Positions 50,653 through 58,461 of a stretch of DNA of 64,000 nucleotides are shown piece after piece. A program made the translations under genes and the position numbers. The first letter of the stretch is position 1. Every line of letters starts with the position of its first letter. The notes below the pieces were generated by a model. The model was not told the DNA's origin. It made no database searches and saw only the letters and a program-made list of their open reading frames with translations. This DNA is from Acidobacteriota bacterium (lineage in GTDB: Bacteria; Acidobacteriota; Thermoanaerobaculia; Multivoradales; Multivoraceae). The DNA lies in the NCBI GenBank assembly GCA_021296535.1, contig JAGWAG010000001.1, forward strand, positions 4,463 through 68,462. Reading direction: 5' to 3'.

Positions 50653-51676
50653 CTACAGCACCGCCTCCGCGATCGCGTCGAGTGCCTCCGGCTGCTGGCA
50701 GCCCAACAGCATCGCAGCGACCTGGCCATTGCCGCCGGCCTCATTCCAGGCCGCGAGACGGTCGACGATCCGCTCCTTGGGGCCGACCAGTGCAACGTCG
50801 TCGACCAGGGCGTCCGGCACGGCGCTTGCCGCCGAGGAAGTTGTCCTGGATCGCCCGAGCCTCGTCCGGGTAGCCGAGGCGTTTGGCGTAGTCGTTGTAG
50901 AAGTTCTTGTCGCGCGCACCCATGCCTCCGATGTAGAGGGCCATGCTCATCTTGACCGGGGTGCGGCACTGCTCGACGTCGTCGCCCATGACTACGGTGA
51001 CGAAGGGCATGACTTTGAAGTCGTCGAGGCTCTTGCCTTTGCCCGCCTTGGCGAAGCCGCGGTCGAGGGCGCCCTCCAGCAGGTCGTAGCGTTCCGGATT
51101 CATCCAGATCGGGAACACGCCGTCCGCGACCTCGGCGCTGCACTCGAGGCCGTTCGGGCTGATCGAGGCGGTGTAGATCGGGATCGAGGTGTCTGCCGCC
51201 AGAATGCTCTTGAGCGGCTTGCCGAGACCCGTCGCGTCGTCGCCGCGATACGGCAACTGGTAGTGGTAGCCGTCGTGGGTGACCGGCTCCTCCCGCGCGA
51301 AGACCTTGCGCATGATCTCGATGTACTCCTTCGTGCGCGTCAGCGGCCGGCCGTACGCGACGCCGTGCCAGCCCTCGATCACCTGTGGACCGGACGGGCC
51401 CAGACCGACCTGGAAGCGGCCGCCGGAGAGCTGGTTCAGGGTCATTGCGGTCATCGCGGTCATTGCGGGACTGCGTGCCGGCATCTGCATGATCGCCGTA
51501 CCGACGTTGATCTTCTCGGTCTGGGCCAAGACCCACGCCGCCGTCGACACCGCGTCGGAGCCGTAGGCCTCGGCCGTCCATACCGACGTGAAGCCGGCAC
51601 TCTCCGCCTGGCGAATGCGGTCGATGGGGATGTTCATCTGGCTGCCGAAGGCACCCGCGAGCAGGCCTAGTTCCAT
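50653..51676 (-). pseudogene. LLM-class F420-dependent oxidoreductase interrupted by a 1-nt frame shift near 50818-50826
   Basis: ORF 50741-51676 encodes a typical LLM body up to ...[10 protein letters not shown] and then turns into Arg/Gly/Pro junk. ORF 50653-50919, in the neighbouring frame, supplies the expected C-terminus [30 protein letters not shown]. Confidence 0.8.
51440..51466 (-). repeat. In-frame 9-nt tandem repeat x3 (GTCATYGCG), encoding AMT-AMT-AMT
   Basis: Read directly from the sequence. It lies inside the LLM gene, where the protein segment reads PAMTAMTAMTL. Confidence 0.85.
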
Positions 51677-51764
51677 GGTCCGGTCTCCAATGTCCTGGTT
51701 GTGTCTGTCAGTTCCTGGGGGAAAACGCGCGCGAGGCTAGCAGGTCGGACATAGACTCCTCCCC

Positions 51765-52560
51765 ATGAGCGAAGGGGTCCAGGAGCCGCGCGGGCGGAGA
51801 CCGGGTTCGGGACGTACCCGCAGCCAGGTGCTGTGGCCGCTCGCGTTCGTCACGCTGATCCTGGGGATGGTCGTCGTGATCGTGGTCGGCTTCGTCATCA
51901 TCCGATTGACCCAGGTGCCCGGCGACGTGGTGGAGGGCGGTCGCGAACTAGCCCGCGACGCGGTAGACGCGGTCGAACGGATCGCCGTTCCACACGGGCA
52001 CCGTGCAGACGTCCTTCGTGAGCTACGCCACCGAGATTTCCGGCAGCGCCTTCCTCCAGTTCGCGACTCTCGACCAGACCGAGGTGATCGAGCGCAGGGA
52101 CTCGGCGAGCCTGCTGTGGGGCCGACTCAGGCTGCCGGACGTGATGGTCGAAGCGCGGGTCCCGGTCCGCTACACCTACTACCTCGACCTCGAGGACGAG
52201 TGGTCACTCACCCTCGAGGGAACGATCCGCGCGAACCGGCCTGCCGTGGACGCCTCAGCGATCGAGTACAGGGTCCAGGCGGACTCCGTGCTCCGCGACG
52301 AGGAAGCGGTGCTGGAGCAACTCCGCCTCCGCATCACGGACCAATTGGCGTCCCGCGCGGGCGAGAACATCGCCCTGGTGCGGGAACTCGGGCGCCGCAG
52401 GACAGCCGACTTCGTGCGCACGTTCCTCCTGTCGCAGTTCGGGGAGGACGTGGAGGGATATCGAATCGAGGTCCGCTTCCGCGATGAAGTCGATCTTGAG
52501 GCCTCGCCCGAACCCGCGCCCGGACGCTCGCCAGCGGTAACCGAGGAAGAGCGGAATTGA
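51765..52560 (+). pseudogene. DUF4230-like membrane-anchored protein with an apparent frame shift at 51967-51990 (family tentative)
   Basis: ORF 51765 gives an N-terminal TM anchor (VLWPLAFVTLILGMVVVIVVGFVIIRL...AVDAVERIA) and then junk. The next frame (stop at 51964, open from 51967) continues plausibly with FHTGTVQTSFVSYATEISGSAFLQFATLDQTEV... through to 52560. Confidence 0.65.
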
Positions 52561-53861
52561 CCGACCGCCTGGCGCGCCGGCGCCAGCGACTCCGGGCGCG
52601 ACAGGCGGACCGCTTCGGCCGCATGGCGGAGCAGGTCCACGTTCACAACCCGTTCTACCGGGCGAAGTGGCAAGCCGCCGGCTTCGACTCCCCGCCGACC
52701 CTGGACGACCTGACCGACCTTCCCTTCACGACCAAGGCCGAGCTGGCCGGCGACCAGGACACGAACCCGCCCCGGGGCAGCAATCTGACCTTCCCGTTCG
52801 ATCGCTACGTCCGCGTCCACCGCACCTCGGGGACGACCGGCAAGCCGCTGCGCTGGTTCGACACCCCGGCAAGCTGGCAGTGGTTTCTCGACTGCTGGCT
52901 CGAGACCTACAGGGGAGCCGGCGTCGGTCCCGACGACCGAGTCTTCGTCGCCTTCGGCTTTGGCCCCTTCGTGGGCTTCTGGACCGCCTTCGAGGCAGCG
53001 CAGCAGCTCGGCTGCCTGGTCATGCCCGGCGGTCACCTGAGCACCGAGCAGCGCCTCAACGTGATCCGCGAGGAAGGCGCCACGGTCCTGGTGGCGACAC
53101 CGACCTATGCCTTGCGCCTCCTCGAGGTCGCACGCGAACTCGACGTCGATCTCGCGGGCAGCTCGATCGAACGGACGATTCATGGCGGCGAACCGGGCGC
53201 CGGTGTACCGGCGGTCAAACGCCAGCTCGCGGAGGGGTTCGGAGCTCGGGTCTTCGACCACGCCGGCGCGACCGAGGTCGGCGCCTGGGGCTACCCCTGC
53301 GGCGTCGGCGAACACCTTCATGTCTTCGAGGAGGAGTTCATCGTCGAGTGGCTCGACCGGACGACCGGAGAGCTGCTCCCGCCGCTCGACCCAGGCGCCA
53401 GGGAGTCCGATCCTTCCCTCGGCGAACTCGTGCTGACCAACCTGGGACGGATCGGCAGCCCGGTCGTCCGCTATCGCTCCGGCGACGTCGGACGGCTTTG
53501 CGCCGCCGGCTGTTCCTGCGGCCGGCCGACCGTCTACCTCGATGGCGGTGTTCGCGCCCGCGCCGACGACATGTTCATCGTCCGCGGCGTGAACGTCTAC
53601 CCGAGCTCGATCGACGCGATGATCCGGGAAGCCGGCGGAGTCGCCGAGTACCGCGCGACGGTACGCGAACGCCGGCAGATGGTCGAAGTCGAACTGGAGG
53701 TCGAGCCGGAGCCCGGCCGCGAGGCCGAGGTTCTCCGTCTCGGGCTGCAGGATCTCTTCCAGAGGCGCCTCAGCCTCCGGATTCCGGTACGCATCGCGGC
53801 GACCGGTTCCCTGCCCCGCTATGAACTCAAGGCGAACCGCTTCACGCTGGAGCGACCGTAG
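52557..53861 (+). CDS. Phenylacetate-CoA ligase / coenzyme F390 synthetase-family adenylate-forming enzyme
   Basis: 434 aa, with NPFYRAKW...LPFTTKAEL...VHRTSGTTGKPLRW...GGEPG... and a PaaK-like C-terminal domain. The TTG start overlaps the upstream stop (TTGA). Confidence 0.82.
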   Translation: MTDRLARRRQRLRARQADRFGRMAEQVHVHNPFYRAKWQAAGFDSPPTLDDLTDLPFTTKAELAGDQDTNPPRGSNLTFPFDRYVRVHRTSGTTGKPLRWFDTPASWQWFLDCWLETYRGAGVGPDDRVFVAFGFGPFVGFWTAFEAAQQLGCLVMPGGHLSTEQRLNVIREEGATVLVATPTYALRLLEVARELDVDLAGSSIERTIHGGEPGAGVPAVKRQLAEGFGARVFDHAGATEVGAWGYPCGVGEHLHVFEEEFIVEWLDRTTGELLPPLDPGARESDPSLGELVLTNLGRIGSPVVRYRSGDVGRLCAAGCSCGRPTVYLDGGVRARADDMFIVRGVNVYPSSIDAMIREAGGVAEYRATVRERRQMVEVELEVEPEPGREAEVLRLGLQDLFQRRLSLRIPVRIAATGSLPRYELKANRFTLERP

Positions 53862-56091
53862 CGGACGGCCGGTTCAGGACCGCGAGCGCCACGAACAGGA
53901 CCGCTCCCACGCCGTTCACCGCGATCCCCATCGCCGGCCCGCCCAGGTCGGGGACGAGCAGCAGGGCCGCCGAAACCAGCATCAGGACCCGCAGAGGCCT
54001 GCTCAACTCGGAGCGCAGGTAGCCGCTGACCCCCGCGGCCAGAGCCAGGATCCCGACGACCGCCGCGCCCAGGGCGAGCAACAGTGGCGGCAGGCCGGCG
54101 GCCCCGGCCGCGAAGAGGCTCCCACCGTCCTCGTCCATCAACAGCAGCGCCGGCCGGTAGACGAACATGTACGGCAGCGTGAAGCCGACGAGGGCGAAGC
54201 GGAACGCCGCCAGCGCCGTGCGCATGACCGGAGCCTGCGCCAGGCTGGACGCCGCGTAGGCGGCCAGCGCGACCGGCGGCGTGACCATGGACATCATCCC
54301 GAAGTAGAAGATGAACAGGTGCGCGGCGAGCGGAATCACGCCGAGTTCCGACAGCAGCGACCCCATCAGCGTCGCCATGAGCAGGTAGCAGACGACGGAC
54401 GGCACGCCCATCCCGAGAACCAGCGACGTGACCATGATCCCCAGCAGTGCCAGGAACAGGTTGGTCGCCACGACCGACTTGATCGCGGCGCTGAAGTCGA
54501 CCGCGATGCCGGTCTGCTGCACGATGCCGATGATCGTGCCGACGCAGGCGCTCGCGGCGACCAGCGGAATCCCGTTGCGGGCCGCCTTGGTCAGCGCGCC
54601 GAGGATGTGCGGGCGCCACGCGTGGTGAAACAGCCCGAAGACCATCAGCCCGAGCATCGCCACGATCCCCGAGGAGAGCCAGGACTCGAAGACCTGCCGA
54701 AACGACGGGTCGGCCGGCGTGTCCGCCCACACGAGCTGATGGACGATCGCTACCGCGCCGAAGCAGCCCAATGTCAGGTAGCGCAGCCTCTTCGGCAGTT
54801 CGAACTCCTTGCGCAGCACCGCGAGGAGCAGGATCACGATCAGCGACCCGGTAACCGCTCGGAACGGCGAGAACCGCAGCAGCAACAACAAGATCAGAGC
54901 CCCGAGCGCGGAAACGAAGACGATCGCGTCGAAGCGCCGCACCGGCAGCGGCTCGCCGTCCCGTTCCGGCGTCCCGACCCGTCTAGCGTAGAAGTGGACG
55001 ATCAGGAAGATCGACAGGTAGAAGAGCACCGCCGGCAGCAGGGCCGCCTGCACGATCTGCAGGAAGGTCACCTGGGGCTCGACGATCTCGAGCATCATGT
55101 AGGCGCCGGCGCCCATGACCGGCGGCACCAAGGCGCCGCCGGACGCAGCCGCCGCCTCGACCGCCGCCGCCACGTGCCGCTTGAAGCCGTTGCTGCGCAT
55201 CATCGGGATGGTGAAGGCGCCGGTCGTCACCGCGTTCGCGACCGCGCTGCCGGACAGCGAGCCTAGGAGGCCGCTGCTCAGCACCGCGACCTTTGCCGGC
55301 CCGCCGGGCTTGGTGCCGAACACCCGTTCGGCGAACCGCATGATGAACTGCGTCGCGCCGGACATCTCGAGGAAGGCCCCGAACACAACGAACAGGAAAA
55401 CGTAGCGGAACATGACCGACGCCGCGGGCCCGAACACGCCCAGGCTCTGCAGGAAGGTGGTGCCGACCACGTCGCGGGGGTTCTGGCCGGCATGCGGGAA
55501 AAGCCAGTCCGGCAGGATCGGCCACCCGTTGCGGAGGCTGTAGTAGCAGTACAGCGTGTGCGCAACGAAGACCAGCGCCAGCGCCGGCACGATCCAGCCG
55601 ATGCTGCGCCGGGCCGCCTCGAGGACGAGCACCAGGCCGATCAGCCCGAGCACGATGTCGGCGCCGGTTTCGATTCCGGCCCGGTTACCGAGCGATCGGC
55701 CTCCCGACCAGAGATGCTCGAAGGCGGGCTCCGTCTGCACGACGACGTACGCGCAAGCCGCCGCCGCCGCGAGGCCCAGCACCAGGTCCAGACCGCGCAG
55801 CCAACGGTTCGAAGCCAGCCTCGCGTGAACGGGAAAGGCGAGAAAACAGAGCAGCAGGCCGCCGCCGACGAACACCGCCAGCGACGACTGCGGCAGCAGG
55901 ACGCCGTAGTTGACCTCGAACAGGACGAAGAAGCACAGACCGACGCCGAGCGCCGCGATCAGGAAGCGGCGAAACCGTTCAAGGCTCGCCGGACCTGAGC
56001 TGGATTCCTCGGCTCCGGCGGATGCGGGCGAGACGCCCGCGTTCCCGGAAGGCACGGCGACTGGCGTGGGCGGCTGGTCTGGCGCGCTCAA
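53842..56091 (-). CDS. TAXI-type TRAP transporter fused permease (4TM/12TM fusion)
   Basis: 749 aa and highly polytopic. It lies directly downstream of a TAXI binding protein, and the TTG start overlaps that gene's stop (TTGA). Confidence 0.85.
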   Translation of the reverse strand: MSAPDQPPTPVAVPSGNAGVSPASAGAEESSSGPASLERFRRFLIAALGVGLCFFVLFEVNYGVLLPQSSLAVFVGGGLLLCFLAFPVHARLASNRWLRGLDLVLGLAAAAACAYVVVQTEPAFEHLWSGGRSLGNRAGIETGADIVLGLIGLVLVLEAARRSIGWIVPALALVFVAHTLYCYYSLRNGWPILPDWLFPHAGQNPRDVVGTTFLQSLGVFGPAASVMFRYVFLFVVFGAFLEMSGATQFIMRFAERVFGTKPGGPAKVAVLSSGLLGSLSGSAVANAVTTGAFTIPMMRSNGFKRHVAAAVEAAAASGGALVPPVMGAGAYMMLEIVEPQVTFLQIVQAALLPAVLFYLSIFLIVHFYARRVGTPERDGEPLPVRRFDAIVFVSALGALILLLLLRFSPFRAVTGSLIVILLLAVLRKEFELPKRLRYLTLGCFGAVAIVHQLVWADTPADPSFRQVFESWLSSGIVAMLGLMVFGLFHHAWRPHILGALTKAARNGIPLVAASACVGTIIGIVQQTGIAVDFSAAIKSVVATNLFLALLGIMVTSLVLGMGVPSVVCYLLMATLMGSLLSELGVIPLAAHLFIFYFGMMSMVTPPVALAAYAASSLAQAPVMRTALAAFRFALVGFTLPYMFVYRPALLLMDEDGGSLFAAGAAGLPPLLLALGAAVVGILALAAGVSGYLRSELSRPLRVLMLVSAALLLVPDLGGPAMGIAVNGVGAVLFVALAVLNRPSATVAPA

Positions 56092-57077
56092 CCGGCGGCT
56101 TCGGGCCAGACGCCGATCTCGCGGTAGAAGCGTTCCGCGCCCGGATGGAAGGAGGTGCCGGTGTAGCGCGCCACGTTCGCCTCGTTGATCGCTCGCCCGG
56201 CGGGATGCTTGTCGGCCACCGACTGGCGGTTATCCCAAAGCGTCTTCGTGATCCGGTAGACCAGCTCCTCGTCGGCGTCGGCCGAGGTGATCAGGTGCAT
56301 CGAGCCGACGTTGAGCCCCGGGTAGTCCTCGGTCAGGTCCGAGTAGGCGTCGGCAGGAATTGTCGCGAGCTGGAAGAAGGGATAATCGGCGGCCAGTTGC
56401 TGCCGCCTCTCCTCGTCGAATGGCACGAAGCGGATGTCGTAGGTGCTGCACGCCTGGGTCACGGCGCCGGTGGGCACCGCCCCACCCAGGAACGCGGCGT
56501 CGATCGCACCGTCGCCCAGCATGTCGACCGCACCGCTCTGGGTGCCGTACACCTGGGTGAAGTCGTCGTAGGTCACGCCGTGGGCGGCCAGCAACGGCTC
56601 GACGAACATCTCGAAGCCCGCACCGGCGACGCCGACCATCGCTCGGCGGCCCGCCAGGTCTCCCATCCTCATTACGCCCGAATCCGCCTTCGTCACGAAG
56701 GTCGCGATGTTCGGCGCCAGGGTGGCCACGGCGCGGATGTCGTAGCTCTGCTCCCAACCGGACTCGCCGAGGACCGCGAAGTAGCTGATCGCCGAATTGG
56801 AGAGCGCGAGCTGCAGTTCGCCCCGTACCAGCCGGCGGATGTTCTCCTGCGAGCCCTTGGTGCCGCGCGGTTGCACGCGCCACTCGTTCTCGCCCCGGTT
56901 CTCGTTCAGGACCTCCGCGATCGCGCCGCCGACGACCGGAAAGGCGCCGCCGACCGGCGCGGTTCCCATGCTCAGGAACTGCGGACCGCCGGAAGCTGCG
57001 TCGCCGGCGTCGCCGCCACCGCCGCAGGCGAGGAAGAAGACGAGCAGAGGGAGTGAAGCGAGGGAACGAATCTTCAT
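56088..57077 (-). CDS. TAXI-family TRAP transporter solute-binding lipoprotein
   Basis: Trimmed to the ATG at 57077. The product starts MKIRSLASLPLLVFFLACGGG (lipobox) and has a TAXI body (GTAPVGGAFPVVGGAIAEVL...GSQENIRRLVRGELQLALSNS). Confidence 0.88.
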   Translation of the reverse strand: MKIRSLASLPLLVFFLACGGGGDAGDAASGGPQFLSMGTAPVGGAFPVVGGAIAEVLNENRGENEWRVQPRGTKGSQENIRRLVRGELQLALSNSAISYFAVLGESGWEQSYDIRAVATLAPNIATFVTKADSGVMRMGDLAGRRAMVGVAGAGFEMFVEPLLAAHGVTYDDFTQVYGTQSGAVDMLGDGAIDAAFLGGAVPTGAVTQACSTYDIRFVPFDEERRQQLAADYPFFQLATIPADAYSDLTEDYPGLNVGSMHLITSADADEELVYRITKTLWDNRQSVADKHPAGRAINEANVARYTGTSFHPGAERFYREIGVWPEAAG

Positions 57078-57156
57078 GCGGGGATTCCTCTCGGACCGGG
57101 AAGGCAAGGACGGCCGGGCAGGGGCGCGCGCGATCCTAACAGTCTGGCAACCGCCC

Positions 57157-58461
57157 TCAGTTGCCCGGTTCGGCGATGCAGTAGAGGAAGCTCGCGGTGC
57201 GCAGATAGAGCCTGCCGGGAGCCACCCCCAGCGACGACAGCGTAAAGCCCTGGACCTCGTTCGTCGCGAGGATCTCGAACTCGGGACCGTCACGGACGAC
57301 CGTGGTCACGCCGTCCTCGTTCGTCGCGTAGACCTTGCCGTCGGCAACCAGCAGGGAGGCGCTGTAGGTGCCCGGGGTCAGCCGCTGGTTCTCCCAGACC
57401 GGCTCCCCGGTGGCCGCGTCGAGCCGCGACAGCAAACCGTTGTCCCTCAGCAGGTAGAGAGTCTCCCCGTCGGTCGCCGGCGTCGGCACGTCCGGTCCCC
57501 GGTCAGTCTCCCACAGGATTTCGGGATCGCCGCCGCCCCCAAGCCGCAGCGCCTTCATCGGACTGACGCGGGTGGGCACGAAGACCAGGTCGCCCGAAGC
57601 GACCGGCGACGCGACGACCCGGTACATCGGGCTGTCCCTCGGGTTGAAGCCCTCCACCCGCCAGAGCTCGCGGCCGCTGCCGGGGTCGTGGCCCGTAGCG
57701 ACGTCGCCTCCGTTCAATACGAGAACGTGTCCATCGCCGCTCTCGACCAGGGCCGGCGTGATGTACGCGTCCGGCGACTCCATCCGCGCGTCGGTGGGCC
57801 GCTCCTGCCGCCAGATCGTCTCCCCCGAGTCGGCGTCGATCGCCAGCAGGTAGGACGGATCGTCCGTCTTCATGCCGTGCAGTACCGGCACGAACAGCAC
57901 GTTCCGCCACAGCAGGGCGGAGGAGCCGTAGCCGTGGTTCAGCCCGAAAGCGCCGTAGTCCTGCTCGAGTTCGCGCGCCCAGAGCTGGTTGCCCTCGAAA
58001 TCGTAGGCCTGCAGGACGCCGGTGCCGGTCAGCACCCAGACCCGCTCGCCGTCCGTGACCGGCGATGGCGAGGACATGTTGTGCTTGCGCTGGAACCGGT
58101 TGCCGCCTGCCACTTTCCGCCGCCACACAACTTCGCCGGAGTCGGCGTCGGCCAGCCACAGGAAGAGGTCGTCCCCTTCCGCCACGTTCAGGAAGAGCCG
58201 CTTGCCGACGACGATCGGCGTCGAGCCGGAGCGATCCGGAAGAGGCAGTTTCCAGACGATGTTCCGCTCCGTTTCGCCGTCGTGGGACCATTCTGTTGGC
58301 AGACCGGTGTGGGCGCTGTAGCCGTTCCGGTCGGGGCCTCGCCAGTTCGGCCACTCCGAGGCCCCGAGCGCGGCGACGGCCGCGAGGGTCGAAAGGGACG
58401 CGCAGAGAACGCGAAGGGCGTAACGGGATCGGACCGTGGACTCCAGGTTCATGCGCTTCAT
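57157..58461 (-). CDS. Secreted PQQ-like beta-propeller repeat protein (BamB-like fold)
   Basis: 434 aa with a signal peptide. It begins WPNWRGPDRNG and has repeated ...G-x-V/LY-x-(L/A)DA-x-(S/T)GE-x-(V/L)W-type blades. The ATG overlaps the M16 peptidase stop (ATGA). Confidence 0.82.
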   Translation of the reverse strand: MKRMNLESTVRSRYALRVLCASLSTLAAVAALGASEWPNWRGPDRNGYSAHTGLPTEWSHDGETERNIVWKLPLPDRSGSTPIVVGKRLFLNVAEGDDLFLWLADADSGEVVWRRKVAGGNRFQRKHNMSSPSPVTDGERVWVLTGTGVLQAYDFEGNQLWARELEQDYGAFGLNHGYGSSALLWRNVLFVPVLHGMKTDDPSYLLAIDADSGETIWRQERPTDARMESPDAYITPALVESGDGHVLVLNGGDVATGHDPGSGRELWRVEGFNPRDSPMYRVVASPVASGDLVFVPTRVSPMKALRLGGGGDPEILWETDRGPDVPTPATDGETLYLLRDNGLLSRLDAATGEPVWENQRLTPGTYSASLLVADGKVYATNEDGVTTVVRDGPEFEILATNEVQGFTLSSLGVAPGRLYLRTASFLYCIAEPGN

